Source of the DNA: Klebsormidium nitens
Lineage: Eukaryota > Plantae > Klebsormidiophyceae
Reading direction: 5' to 3'
Length of the DNA stretch: 64,000 nucleotides
NCBI GenBank assembly: GCA_000708835.1
Contig: DF237274.1
Location: forward strand, 38,781-102,780
Within the stretch, counting starts at the first letter, position 1, and each line of letters begins with the position of its first letter. Shown here piece by piece: positions 12,960 to 26,639 of this stretch. The position numbers were made by a program, and so were the translations under genes. A model generated the notes under the pieces. The model was given only the letters and a program-made list of their open reading frames with translations. It was not told where the DNA came from and searched no databases.

Positions 12960-15900
12960 GGACACTGCAGAGTCTCCCAATCCACTCCTCCCTGCACGTG
13001 TGACCCCGCTGACGTAATGCGTCAAGATCTCTCAACAAAAGCTCAGGTATGTAGCTCATGTCAGATTCTGACATCGGAAGCAGGTTTTGCGCCTCTCCTT
13101 CAGGGATTGCTAACTTCATACAATGACCGGTATAAGCCTGCCAGGAGAAGACGGCACGGCAGCTGAGGAATAGGTTGGGATGATGAACCACTCAGAGCTC
13201 AACGGCTCATGTCTATACTTTTAAGTTGGTGTCCAGCCGTTTGATGAAAGGCAATGTCAAAAAGAAGAGGTTTAGAAGTGCGCGCCAATCTACCAAACAC
13301 AGCAGATGAGCTCCTTTGCGTGATTTTGTCGCTGTTTTGAAATTAGTAGCCTACCAACCGCTGAGGCTTCACATGACGACAAGCCAGCGCATGCGGCTGC
13401 GTGCGCTAGGGCTGCAGGACGACCCGCTATACTGGACGAGACCCGTGCCGATCAGCGAGCTGACCGCGCCCAGAAGCTTGCGATGGCAGCACGCCAGCAC
13501 AGGTTGGTCTACTTCTAAGATCCCCCAGACAGCTACCATGTCTAAAGGTCTATCTCTAAACTCCCTAATAATGCTGCCAAGCAATGTGCAGTCCAAAGTC
13601 TGCAAAGCTGTACACACTCATGTAACTGGCGCCGAGCATTCTGCGGGTCTTGGTCATTGATGCAGCTCCAATTTGGTGAGCTACAAGTAGATCTTTAGCC
13701 CGCGGAACGAGGATATGAGGAGGTACTCCGAAGCAAACAAAAATCCTCTATTGTTCAACGTGTCAAAATCTGAGGCTTGTTGTAGTTCTGCCAACCAGCT
13801 TGAGGTCCGATTTACCCCTATGCTGATCAACTCCTTTCCTGTTTTCCCTAGGTTCGAACGGCCTCAGAGCAGCGGCCGAAGTGGTGGAGCAAGATTCAGC
13901 CAGGGCTGACGTCAGCCACCTGCCCCGTCTGCAAACACCTGTCAGCACAGCATTAGAGCTGCTCATAAACAGCCTTTGCGTGGAGGAAGGCTGGGAGACG
14001 AGCTCGCCTGAGACATCCCCCACCTGGCAAAACGGTGGCACCAGCGGACGAAGCTCACCGTATCAAGTTGCAGAAAATGCTGGATCACAGGGGGCAATCC
14101 GGAATCGCACTGGGAGAACACCATCGGATCGGAGGTCAAAACCTGCTAGGGTGCGCTTCCAAGAAGACGGAGAGGAAAGGGAAGATGTTCCACCAGAGGG
14201 AAGCGGGGGGAAGCTGGAGAATGGACAGACAGAGCAAGCGCATGCAACGGGAGAAGACGGAAGCGAGGTTGGAAGAGCTACGGAATCCAGTGACGAGTTT
14301 GAGAACTTGGCCCTTCGGTTTCACAAGCAGCCGGTGAAGGTGAGTCACCTTTGGCATTTCGCCACGTCCCTTTTTGTGGTGGTGGACAGGGTCCCAGAAA
14401 AAAGGATTGACTATGGTAGCTGATTGTTTACGATTTAGTAGCTCAATGAATACAAGATGGTGCGCCATTTCGGAGGGCTCGAGCTCCTAGTGCTAGTGGG
14501 CCCCCAAAACGACAGTGTGCGACGCGCATGCACAGAAAGAAGCTTAAGGAAAGGCCTCTTCAAATCCGACTTAACGATCAACGGCCGCTTTGCTTCGCCC
14601 AGTTGTTTCCCCCAATTTATTTGAAAATCTCCCTTTTCCGGATGCTGAGGAGCTGGATGCTTTTTCCCGCCTTATTGTCCCTCGAAGCATCCTGAAAGTC
14701 GAGTCCTGCTCCACCACAGGTCACGGGCAAAGAAAGTGGGCTTGACCCTACCCAGAAGGGCACTCCCCACCCTTCCCAAAAGCAGGGCTACCAGTACACC
14801 CCGCACCCTGTAAAAGGCATCCGGAAGTCGGTGCAGCCGGGTACACCGTTCCCCTTAGGCAACGGTCTCCCCAGTCGCAGCCCCTTTGAAAGAAAGCAAA
14901 ACCTCCAGCCAATTACCGAGGTCGACTACGGATCCAGCTCATCTCCGGCCACCCTAAGACCCGCCCGCGATGGTTCTCTCGGCGCCTCGAGCTCGGGGGG
15001 ATCCCTCGGGGCAACTGCTCGGAAACGCTCGGGCCTGAGTTCAACGGGAGGGACTTCGGAGCTCCTGATAATGGAAGGAAATGAGCAGAATGATCAGACC
15101 TCTCCGCTCGGACCGGGTAGCTCTCAAGAGCCGACGACGCAAATGGGGAGGAGCCGAGAAACCGGCAATACGGGCAAGCTGGACACGCTGAGAACGACCC
15201 AAAGTTTGGACGGGCAGAAAATGTTGCCTCGGGGATTGTCTCCCGAGCGGTCTGCAGAGAGCGTTCTGGTGAAACGGAGTCCGTACCTGGCGCCAGTGCG
15301 GAACGTGCGGACTGCGGGGGGAGACTCGGGGCTCGGGACGCAACGACGGGACCGGTTGGCGCAGTTTGCGGAGTATCTGGCGAGCCAGAAAGGGTCGGCT
15401 GAGGAGATGCGAGCGTCAGGAGAAGGGGACTCGAACGGGGCCAACTCTCCGGTTAAAAGGGCGGCTCCTCCTGAGATTCCCACCGAATGTGACAGCCCTT
15501 CTGGAAGGCAAGAGCAGTTGAGTACAGGGGAAGGCAGTCAACGTCGGTATGAACGGAGCTGGATTCAAACAGCCAGCCCTGGAAGGTCGCCTACAAAGCG
15601 TCTAGTGGAAAATGGTTGCGCAACTACCAGACCGCAACGATGGGTCATCGGGGAGTCAAGAACGAACAGGCAGCGCGGGTCAGCCCTTCCGGAGTTGAAA
15701 AGGCAGCGGAGCAACGGAACAAGGGCTTCCGAAGGACCGGAATCGCCGACGCAGGCGGTGCCAACTGAAGAGACGAGCTGGAGCAAGGCGGAGAAGCAAC
15801 GGAGGAGGCGACGATTGTCGAAAGAGCAGGTGAGCGCTCCAGACACAAGACCAGTTTCTGGCACCGAATCGTTCGTTGTTACTTTGATCATTTCAGCCCT

Positions 15901-16868
15901 TGACGTCCGCGTCAAGTGGAGGCCTAAGAGGTAGAAAAACAAAGCGCTTTAGGTCTGACATTGGACAGGGCCGAGTTGCCAGGCCCGGTTGTCCTTCATC
16001 AGGAGCTTTTGTAACCAGGCATCACTTTCTGAGACCCGGTTGAGGAAGCAGAAATTGAAGCCATAAGATGGTCGCCAGGGACTTGCAAGTCAGTCAGCTA
16101 GGGGAAAGGAAGGGTTCGTGGGGGGAGCAGACTCGCCACCTTCGCACAACCTTTCCAAGATGCTTCACTATTCGCACGACGTTCAACCCTATTGAGGAGC
16201 GCATCAGCAGATGCAGCTCCCTGATTGGAGATCAAGACGCTTCTCGGTGACAAAATACACACGATTGCCTCATTGCTGTTGCGACCGAAACAGGTGTGCA
16301 GCATCTATGCAGCCTCTCCAACGACTCATCGAGGCTCCGTGCCCATCATGTCCTGCCGTCGTGCGCAGGCGTCGTTGAGCGAGGACATCAGTTTCAGAGT
16401 TGGCATCTCAAGAGAGCCCAAAGAGCTGAACCGGCCCTTCCTCCTTTTGCAGGCGCGGCTGAGCAAGCATACCCATCCTAGCGCTGAGATTTCAAAAAGC
16501 CCGAAGGAGTAAATCGCCTTTCCCTCCTCTTGCAGGCGTGGCTGAACAAGAGCCACCAGCGCATGGCCCTCTGGATGCAGGACCACTTCGCGGCGCTGGA
16601 GCGCATCGCGCACCTGACGCCGAGCGAGCGCGCGGACGCGGAGCGCATGTGGAGCGCCGCGCAGGCGGCCGCGAGGGACCGCAAACTCAACCTGATCAGG
16701 CTGCACTCGACAATCATGACGGGACTCGAAAAGGACGAGAAGGGGGCCGAAACTGGGGGGGGCCGAAGCGAGGCGACCGAGGAGCGACCATTGTGTTCGC
16801 CGAAACAGACAACCGGTCTTGAGTTTGCGGCGTCAGATAGTGGAGGAACTAAAATTGGGGTCGAATGA
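12960..16868 (+). CDS. Unidentified multi-exon protein with long S/G/E/R-rich low-complexity central exons; 5' end unresolved
   Basis: Long open frames 13316-13501 (..YQPLRL..DDPLYWTRPVPISEL.., donor GTTGGT), 13851-14338, about 14831-15829 (donor GTGAGC) and a GC3-rich terminal exon 16536-16868 after TTGCAG (AWLNKSHQRMALWMQDHFAALERIAHLTPSERADAERMW...). The small exons near 13030-13175 and 16210-16280 are ambiguous. Confidence 0.55.
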
Positions 16869-18159
16869 GAGCCTTAGTCCTATAGAAGTCAAACGCTGGG
16901 AGCCGACATTTCATCATCGGCCGACTAGCTTCTGGGATAACCCTGTTGATGAAGTTGCCGATGGAAATGGTGAGATAATCTTTGAGAGGCTCCGGCATGC
17001 ATTTTGCAAATCTCCGCTCCTGCCAAATCGTTCCGCGTGGACTTTTAGCTACTAATACGGAGTTGTTGTATCCGCAAGCGAATTTAGACCCTGGAACCCA
17101 ACAGATTCGTGGCATCTATCATCTTCAAGATGAACGGGGATCATTTTCGTGCTGCGGCGCCCGAGTGTTGTGGGCCGAGTTGGTTGTGACCCGAGTTCTT
17201 GTGCGAATGAATTGACATCGGCGGCTTCTTCATTATTTCAGCTGAATCGCGACTTCAAACTTTCAGTTGGATCCAGGATCCAATTGAGCTATGGGCTGTT
17301 TAGTATCTGATTGCAAGCGAGTCACTTTATACATAGAAAAACTGCATGTGCAGCGACAGTTCAAATCGGGATCAGGTCCTTGAGTTAGCTCCCCTTCTTC
17401 ATTGGCCGGAAAGAACAGAAGCGTCGTTTTCTATGATCGTTTTTCGCAACAGATTCGCGATAAACGCGGCCCGGGCTTTTGAGCAATTGACTTAGGATAT
17501 TACAAATCTGCGTGCACATGCGCGCACGCAGCAGGCGGACTCACGGTTCTTCAAAGAACGCGTTCAATCTTCAAATGCAACTGAGCATGTGCCCGAGACG
17601 GGTGCATGTGTCTCGTATGCTTTAAGCTGCATGCCAGCGCCGGCGAATCACATGCACAGATGATGGGTCGAAGACTCTTATTCGGCTGAGCCTGGAGGCT
17701 GAATATACAATTAACTTGCATCTTGCATGCTTAAACAGCTTATCGTTTTGGTCGGATAATTCCATGCCAAACATCTCTGGCAGCCGTAGGAGCGGCCGGC
17801 CGGGCGCTCGAAAACGGGCCGGATCGGATGAGCATATATTCGATTGGCGTTGCAATAATCATTCACTGAATTCTGCTAACGGTGCATACTAGGTCGCGCT
17901 AGCTCAACGCGTACCAGAGATTGAGATCATGATGCCCTTGACCCTAAATCTTTCCAAGCACAGCTTTGGAGTGGTGACGGTCTGGTGCCGCCGACACGAG
18001 GTTGCATCTACAAGACTGCTCCTGTGATACGGGTCCTGGCGGCTCCAACTTAATTGAAGAACCTTGGAATTGTTGCTTCATCATCAGAAGAATGATTTGA
18101 CGGGTTCGGGATTACTCTAACTATTCGCTGTCTTTCTCACCATTCGACTTTGCTTCGAA

Positions 18160-20646
18160 TCATGACGGGTTGCTCTTCCACGACTTTAGCCATTGCGAGA
18201 TCGTCTCGACGTTCTGTTCCATGTCCTCTACGGAGTTGCTCGGAAGGGCGAGCACTTTACTGTGCTCGTAGCTCTCCCGCGCCTCTTCGAGAATGACTTG
18301 CATGATCTCGCACTCCATGTTGTCCTCCAGTTTCCTACCTGAGTACCCCCTGCACGTTGACAGAACTAGTGAGCTGATCGCTCAGACTTGCAAATGAATC
18401 TTGCCAAGTCAGAGGTCTCCTTATGAACGAAATGGAGGTGCGGAGACTGATGGCGCGGTAAGCAACAATTGCGGTAACAATCAGGGAAAAAGCAAACTTA
18501 GAACCGTGACTTGAACCTAAAAGCGCAAAAGATCCACTTCGAGCATAGGGAAAGCATCCGTGGAACGGGTGCATCATCCAATTTCCCGGCAGTGGTACAC
18601 AAGCCAGGACGCATGCTCTAATCGGGTTCGAGACCCGGCGAAGGACCGAAAAGACTTGCCTGGCTACGAGCCGATCGTAGAGAACCGAGTTGTCGGTTTG
18701 CAGCACCACCACGAGATCGAACCAGCGCTCGGGAAAGAGCTCGCAGCCGTGGTAGTCCAAAAGGCAGCCACCCTCGGCCACTCGGTCCTCCAATTCGTCG
18801 CACAGCTGCCACAGGGGAGTGAAAATAATTAAGTGATTCGGATCAGCAAGTTAAGTCAGGCAAAAGCAGGTGACGAAGGACAGCTCTATTCGAGGGCCTG
18901 AATGAAGCTGGCAGAGTAAAATGCCGGCTTGGCTAGACAACCGTGAAAATCTGCAGAAAACTGAGAAGGTCCTGCAATGTTGAGCAATTGAGACCGGTCA
19001 TAGCGGCTCTAGCGATCGCAAGGTCACTGCCAGGCATTTGGAACATCTACCAAACGCAAGAGCCACCAAAAGGAGCGGCCCCAAAGAAAGTCCTTGCTCT
19101 GAAAGCCAGCAAATAGCAGCATTTCGTTTCGTTTCGTACCCGAACCAGAAACGATAATGAAACCACTGCAGAACAGGGCCGGAAAACGTGTCTGTCCACG
19201 TGCGACTTTACTAGCAAGGGGCTCACAATGAGTTGCGACACCAAAGACGTACTGCTTGCATATGGGTGCGGCAGCATCTGATCCCCTTAAGGAACAACGA
19301 TAACAATGCTACCTCACAACTTTCTGACCACTTCTCTTATGTGACTTCTACATTAACTTGCCGAAATCTACCTTCTCTGTGTCTTACAAAGGCTGCTCAG
19401 TAGTTACTTTAAAGGTCTGTCAACTCCCTCTGCTCAAGCGATCCAGACGGAAAGACGGACTCCGGTAAGCTCATCCCAATCCTGCCTTGACTACCACCCC
19501 TTTCATCGACTCCCCAAAGGTGTATGCTCCGCCAATCAGAACAGGTGACAGCAGATTGCGACCGGAGTTAGAGTGTCCATTCTCAGGCTCTGACCAAGAA
19601 GACTCTGTCTGGGAGGGAACTCAAGCGTCAGTGAGTATGATAAGTCCTCCTCACCTTGTCCTCGTTCAAGTTCCAGGACTGATACTCCTCGTCCCAGCCA
19701 TCGTGCAGCTCCTTCTCCTTGACCAGGTCCCCTATGTTGATGTACTGAAGGGGAACAGATGCCGCCAGCTGGTGACACAGCGAGGTCTTGCCAGTGCCGG
19801 GGGTACCAGTGACTGGGGGGGGGAGGATATGTAGGTATGTTAGATGTTGAGAACTCATTTGGATTGGTATAAGTGATTCCTGATGAGACGGGCTAAGTCT
19901 TGTCCACTCAAAATGCAGATGCTGGGGTGCACAAGAGTGAATAGAATGGAGCTGGGGCTGTTGGGTTGGAAGTGGTTCGGATGTCTTCGCTTTTGATAAG
20001 GTGAGTGGCTGGTGAGTGGCCCGTTTAGAAGGAGTGGCGAGCAGAGAGAAATGGTCAGGCAAATGAACCGCCATTTAACAGTCTGGACCGGTTGGCTCCA
20101 GCATTGATGGAGCAGTAGCGCCTAGGCTGAAGCGGGATATACCAGATGTGATAAGCTACTTTCTGTCCTTCTTGATCAAAAAATTAGAGAGTCCGGCTGC
20201 TTGTTTAAATGTTGATGGCACGAAAGATGGTCAGGGTCTGGCGATTCTGGCAAATGATGTCTTCTTGCCAGACTGGCATAGCAGTGATGTGGGGGGTGGT
20301 GCAGCGACTTGAAGCCCCACATTACTTCGCAATGGTGCAACTTGAATTTCAGTCATTCAATTGACTTTGCAAGGCTCAATCAAGCAAGCATACTGACGTC
20401 CATAACAGCCAATCTTGACTAATCAGGTCATTGGCAAAGGTTTCCAAAGGTGCACACAAGACAACATTCATGACCTGGGCGACACTTTCGCAGTTGTCGC
20501 ACACTTGCACCAGTTTGCGAGCGTTGTAGGGCCTGCATCACAAACGAATCACGTGTTCTTGTGGACACTGGACCCTTACCCAAGATGTTTGGCGCCGCCC
20601 GCCCACCTCTCACCCCCATATCGTCATCGGTTGCCTCGTTGCCCAT
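18160..20646 (-). CDS. AK6: Adenylate kinase isoenzyme 6 (Fap7/hCINAP family)
   Basis: Exons 20646-20580, 19812-19655, 18805-18660 (GC donor), 18349-18160. Joined: [14 protein letters not shown] (P-loop), [69 protein letters not shown]. Confidence 0.95.
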
Positions 20647-20872
20647 GAAGCCAACCGATTGACGATTTAGAGGCAACACGCACAATCAGCTCGTTGGCAA
20701 AACGCACGGTGCAATGCTGCAGCTCGCAGTCCCTCTCCAGATGCAAGTAAAGCCCTATACTAGGTAATAGGCTAGTCCCTCCAGGCTCCAGCGTTCTGCA
20801 TGCTCAGTACGTCTCTAGCTCACCAATTGCGCGGTGGCCTCTTCACACCGAGGGCCCATTTGACCCCGCTCA

Positions 20873-21316
20873 GAGTAGACGTACATTGGCACGGTTACAT
20901 GGGTTTGTAGCAACTTTTTCCGACGGCACGGTTACTTCGAGTTTGGCGCGAAAGCACTCGGCCGGTCACCGAACGTAGCCCCTTGGAAGGAGCAAATCTG
21001 CAAAACTCCGGATCAGACGGTACTGTACCATGTAGATCTTGGGTACTGAGGGTGTACTGACCAGACTTCCGAACCGTCCGATCCACTCGTTCCCCCCACG
21101 CGGCAAGCCCGGATGGAGTAACGGTGCGCCGTTGGCCCCAACCCGCCTCGCCGAGGCGGGTTGGGGCCAACAGTGCCGTTGGAGGATTATCGCGGGGGGT
21201 TCCGAAGAATCGACCCAGTTGATCGATGAAGTAACCGTAAGTAAAAGTAACCGTGCCAATGTGCGGTCCGGTTGCAGTTAAGTTTCAACAGAAACGGTGC
21301 CAATGTAAGTCTACGC
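20873..21316. mobile_element. 444-bp non-autonomous MITE, PIF/Harbinger (Tourist)-like
   Basis: 20-bp TIRs GAGTAGACGTACATTGGCAC versus the reverse complement GCGTAGACTTACATTGGCAC (2 mismatches). 3-bp TSD TCA at 20870-20872 and 21317-21319. Subterminal GGCACGGTTAC repeats, a central perfect palindrome at 21131-21171, and no transposase ORF. Confidence 0.8.
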
Positions 21317-21729
21317 TCAGGCGGCTAGAACCACGGTAGCTATTGTCTACCAGCCGCCAATAATTGGAGCATCATGATGTGAATATGTCGCACTTGTATA
21401 CGTCAGGCCTCGCAGGAGACGAGGTAGGCAATCACGATCGACGGTCTGCATCTATGTTGACCGAGTTGATGACGTAGTTTGAATTTGTGGATTGCGTTTC
21501 TTGCGGACCACTGTGGACGATGACGCAGAGCGAGATGGTCGATTGGACGTCCGAATTAGGGTTGCAGTGCCTGGCAAACCTGCAGAAAGGCCCGGTTGAA
21601 TGCGGGCTGACAAGGAATGCAAGCTAGAATGCGAAGAGGCCCCTTCAATGTAGCCTCACAGAGCAAACGCACGGACAATGGAGTGCGGCAGAATGGATGC
21701 TTGATCCGGGAGAGGCATGACAGCAATGT

Positions 21730-24700
21730 ATGCAAGGAGCAATGGAGGCAGCCGAGGCGCAGGCGAGCAGCGCTGAGGCGGGCGTTCCCCGCTCGCCGGC
21801 GCAAGTGGTTCCTAAGATGCAGGACTTTGCGACAGGCACTGCACTGCTAGATCCTAGGCTTGTCAGCAGTGAGAACAATGAAGCGGTTGCTGAGGAAAAG
21901 CTTCTGGATGCCATTCCTAGAGCCGCTGCAGGAAGTCCTGAAGATGCTGCTGGCAGTGAACCTGCTATGCCTGACCGCTCTGTACGTGCAGAGCAACAAG
22001 CCCCCCCTGATCGTCAGCATGCTGCTGGCAGCCGCGCTTCTGACGGCTCCTCTGTATCTCCGCTTCCTAGTGACTCAAGTCACGGCGAACTCCCTGCCTC
22101 GGAGGCATCGGGAGAGTTCCAAGGGGGACCGGAGAGCCAAGCAGAGGCGGGAGGAGAGGCGCAGGACGGAGCGCTGAGGGGGGGCGCTGTCACTTGCAGT
22201 TTCACGGTCCTGCCTGAGGGCTACCGGCACCGATTGGTGACACAGTCAGGGATGAGCATAGGAGAAGTCTTACAGCAGATTGCGCAGGAACTGAGTGTCC
22301 CAGCATTTGTACTCCAAGCGCAGCAGGCAGGCCAGGACTTGAGACCTGAGCAGGTTTTGGGGGCCCTGCTCAAGGAAGCAGATCAGGCAGATGCAGAGAT
22401 GAGCAACAACTGTCTAGAGTTGGAGCTACTGCTTGACTTCTCCAGGAGCGACCCACACTTAGAAGCAGAAGGCGGAAATCCTGACGCACAGGAGGGAGCA
22501 AGGCAGGAGCAAGCAAGGCGTGCGGCAATGCAGATAGAACGATGCACAACAAAGCAGCCTTTCCTGGGGGGCTACAGGAATAAGCAGACCGGTAGGTTTA
22601 AGCAGACTTGCCAAGATCAACCCATCCAGGACATTGTTCTTGTGTTACAGAATGAATATTCTCGAGGTTGAAAGCAGACATATTAAGTTGCACCAACCTT
22701 GTAGTACCGTTGATGCTAACAAGTCCGTGTTCAGCAGCCACAGTCTAGCTTCTAAGTACAAGGCTCACTTCTAGGCACTGATTTCTTGGTCTGTCTATAA
22801 GGTTTGATCAGTCTTCTGTCCGCACACGGCTCTTTTCTGCCTAAGCGACTCACAACAGAAAGACTTTCATTGCAGGTGTTGAGTACCTGAATGCAGCGGC
22901 GCAGTGCGAACGTCCTTCAGTCATGTCTGCCTCTGAGCGCAAGCTGAGCCGCGACACTCAGACGTACGATCAGAAGCATGTGGCACTGCAGAGTATCAAG
23001 GAGGCAGCAACTCAGATGGCGCGTAGTGACCTTATGCTGGATGAAAGCAGGGACAGGGTGGTTCTCCCAAGGGCTTATGAAGACTCTGAGCACTGGGAGA
23101 GGAGGAGGGACCATGCGGTCATTATGTTGCAGCGCTACTGGAGGGGGTGGCTGGCGAGGAGGAGGGCAGGGGAGCTGCGCGAGAGGGAAGAGGAGAAGCA
23201 ACATGTGAGCATGCATCAAGAAAAGTTCCATCTTGTCATCGAACCGTTGCATTTTGAACTTCCGTCTTGGGTCAATGGTGACACACGAAGGGTGAGGGGA
23301 GCTGAAAGTAGTTTCCCCAAGGGATCATCTTGTTGCATTTCCCAATCAGCTTTGCACCCTGCTGGCGAGGCGCCTGTAGATTCAGCATTCCTCTTAAAAG
23401 GCGTCTCGGTGTCTGTCCTGCTCAGCTTCGCATCTTGCTGGCCGGGTGGCGGGGGGGTGCTGCTTCAATATGGACAGATCATGCCAGAGCCGAGCTGCAC
23501 AGGCAGTGCAAAACCTCCATTACAGGGCCCCAGCGGTGAATGAAGAGCTGTTCAGCTTTGCTGGACGACCCCGGAAGGAACCCGGTGCCCTCAGCTCCCC
23601 AACCTCGTTAATGCTCCCAATGTACAGCTCCCCACGTTCTGACACCTCTCTTTCGTGTCTGCCAGTTTCTGCAGGAGGAACAGCAGCGGCGCCGGCAGGC
23701 GGCCGAGGCTTTCCGGCGGGGCGAGATCGAGCGGCGCCTGCAGCCCCGAACGGCCGCCGACTTTGACATCCTGTACAGCGAGCTCGAGGCGTGGCGCATG
23801 CAGGTAAACCCGGCAGCACAGCAGCGTCCTTGGTCTGTTCTTGCTTGAAGTGGAGAATGAAGCATCGGCCCACTTTCGTCTCGCCCGCGGCAGGTTTCTG
23901 TGATGTTCGATATTTCAGGGGTGTATTGGCAAGACGTGGCATACAATCCAACGAGTAGCAACGTGGAGCCGTTTGAGGGGATTTGGCAGCTCCGGAAACT
24001 GAGTACTCGTCCCACCTGAATTAATTACCTTGGTTGCGTAATCGGAGACTGAGAGATTCGTTCCAGCACGTCAAAGCCGTTTTTCATACCCGCTCATGCT
24101 GGTACCTTTCCTCTTGCTCAAGTTGCATCGCCTCCTGAGCTTCGACAGCTCACACCTTGAAGAGTCATAAGTCATAACGCACCCGTCTCTCACTGCCTCC
24201 TCGGTGCACCCGCAGGAGACGCGCAAGATCAAGGAGAGCGTATCGGAGGAGGAGGCGCGAAAGCCGGCGCTTCGACAGCTGCTGCACAAGGTGAGTCGAG
24301 AGGCAGATGACGTCATGCTGACTCAGGCTTGGAGCACGAGCTTCACGCGAAGCCTGCCCGGATGGAAGTCGAAGGCAGAGGAACGTCTCTGCGAACGAGA
24401 CTGAGAACGATGCTTAGAGCGGGCTCGCGAGAAGCTGTAACCGCTTCGTTGATGAGGTGCTTGTAGCTGCAATATCAGGCGCCGAAAGTCCACCCGTCTT
24501 TTGGATTGTATTTCGATCGCGAGCGGCCAGCCTTCTGGTTGCAGTGGACGAGAGGCTGTGTCCTTCAAGAATCCAGAAACTCCACATCTTAGATTTGCTG
24601 ACGTTCTCAGCAGGTCGGCCTGACTTACGCCCTTTAACACACCGGCGTCGCCGTCCCTCCAAATATTCAATGAACGCAATCCGTCGGACTCTTCGAACTC

Positions 24701-26639
24701 GTTCTACATCGAGCTTATGCACGGTAGAAACCCCTTGGAGCAGCCAAACGCTGACGCGTGGCACGTTTCTCACCGTCCCCCTTCAGGAAACGAAGCTGCT
24801 GCAGACGATCGACCGGCTGAAGCTGGCGGCAGGGAAGGAGAACCGGAGCACGCGCATTGCGCGCTCGCTCGCGAGCATGGCCGCGCCCAAGCAGTGGGAG
24901 CTGCGCGACGGCAACAAGGTCGAGGTGCAGACGCCGCTCACCGTGCGCGCCGCCGAGCTGATGCAGGTGAGGCGGGGAAAAGGTGCACAACTCTTTTGCT
25001 ACTAAGATATTGTTACATCGCTATGTGTGAGGAGTGGCGCAGATGCCCTCACCGGGTGCGCCGCCGATCTGATAGAGGTAAGGCCGGGAATGCAGTCCGC
25101 CATCATTTGATCGTTGGGCCAGTCGTGCCCCGACAATCTCTTCCTTTCAAATTAGCGGAAACAGGGTGCAACCAGGTCGATAGGGAATGAGTTGCTTCTG
25201 CTCATGGGCTGTATGGAGAAGGAGACGGTGCATGTTGTACGCAGCTGAAGGGTTTCAACTGTAAGCTCGTGTCGCGAGGTTGGGACCCTCGAGCTTCGCA
25301 CGCCGGCGCTCATTATGGAAGTGGAGCCGCCAGCTGAATAACCCCTTACGTACCGAAACGAAGTCCCGCGATTATGGTCAAGAAAGATTTGCGGTGCTCA
25401 TGCGGGTTCCCTAATCGTGCGTCTGTCAAAAGTCTGTGCTTACCAATCAAGAACGGTTGGCTGTGAAGTGGACATTATAAAAGCTCGAGCATAGACCCGG
25501 ATCTGGAGCAAACAATGTCGTGAGTTTTCTGGTCATACTTAATCATACTCGTTCTTTCAGACCGCATCCGTGCCCTTGTTGACGTCATCTCGTAGGTGAA
25601 TGTCCGTTTGCTGCCCTCAGGCCCCGTTTCCAAAAGTCACGCCGTCTGCAGACCTGGATCTTCTTCAGGACTGCTTACAGGCCAGTTGTGATCGTAGAAG
25701 GGTTCACGTAACTCAGTCGACTTCCCTAAGTTGAACCAAACCCGGTTGCCCGTTAGCCTCGCTCACTCCATGCAACTGTCCTCGGAATCGGAGCTGCCCG
25801 CTAACCAAGCCGGGTCAAGCGGTAGGCTTCCTGATACCAAGCATGGGGCTACGTCAAGCTCGAGGCGGCCTTCTAGCAACGCCCCGTCAAGTGCTAACCT
25901 GTCCTAGCCCCATCCCGTGGGGTTGCGACTTGCAATAGCCCCCCAATAACGCTTTTGTCAGGCGCTGACCTCTCCAACCTAATCACGCCCGGTGAGCCGC
26001 TAACCCTCTCTAACTTAATTCCTGCAGCTGTACCAGGGGCTGCGGCTGCGCGCGCTGCGTCCGGAGCAGCGGCTGGACGTGGTGCGGCACGTGCAGTGGA
26101 CGGTGCGCGAGTTCGACTGCGCGCTCACGCGCGAGCTGCTGCAGCTGCTGGCGCGCGAGGAGGATCTGCTGCAGCGCGGGCGGCCCGCCAGCACGCTCGA
26201 GGGCCTGCGGCGCCGCATTGCCAACCTCTTCCTGCAGGTGAAGGACAACCCGTCTCGCCTTAATCGCACCCTGATGCAGGTTATCGAATCCCTTGTTTGA
26301 TGCGACGGCGACTCATCCTCTTGGAGGACCTTCTTCAGTCCTGCAAAGGCACGGCTCTCACCAATCCCCTCGCCTGCGAGATACCAGAATTAGCGGCACA
26401 GATGAATGGAAAGCCTGGTGCCTGAAGTTCTTGGTCTGCGCAAATGTCCCGGTGAGGATCATTCTTTGGATACGAGGGTGGATCTACAAACGAAGCCTAT
26501 GGTTTGCGTGCAGTTTGTGGAGACGCCCGAGTTCAATCCCGAAGCGGAGCGGTACCGCATCGCCGTTCCGGACTTTGATGCTTATCAGAACCAGGACCCC
26601 ACGCGCAGAAACGTGCGTCCATCCGAGGTTGTATTGTAG
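21730..26639 (+). CDS. IQUB: IQ and ubiquitin-like domain-containing protein (IQUB; axonemal radial-spoke protein)
   Basis: Exons 21730-22591, 22876-23204, 23675(or 23666)-23803, 24216-24290, 24787-24966, 26028-26237, 26514-26639. Ubl-like segment, KQPFLGGYRNKQTGVEY, SRDTQT, IQ motif VIMLQRYWRGWLARRR, PRTAADFDILYSELEAWR, ETKLLQTIDRLK and LFLQFVETPEFNPEA. Confidence 0.93.

Noticed and set aside
13369-13617. Minus-strand peptide LEVDQPVL..G...IGT resembling the TFIIIC subunit 6 domain
   Set aside because: It is antisense to a plus-strand exon with good splice signals that is in phase with the next exon. No supporting minus-strand exons were found.
18620-18640. GGTTCGAGACC B-box-like word suggesting a tRNA
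   Set aside because: No cloverleaf or A-box could be built, and it is inside an AK6 intron.
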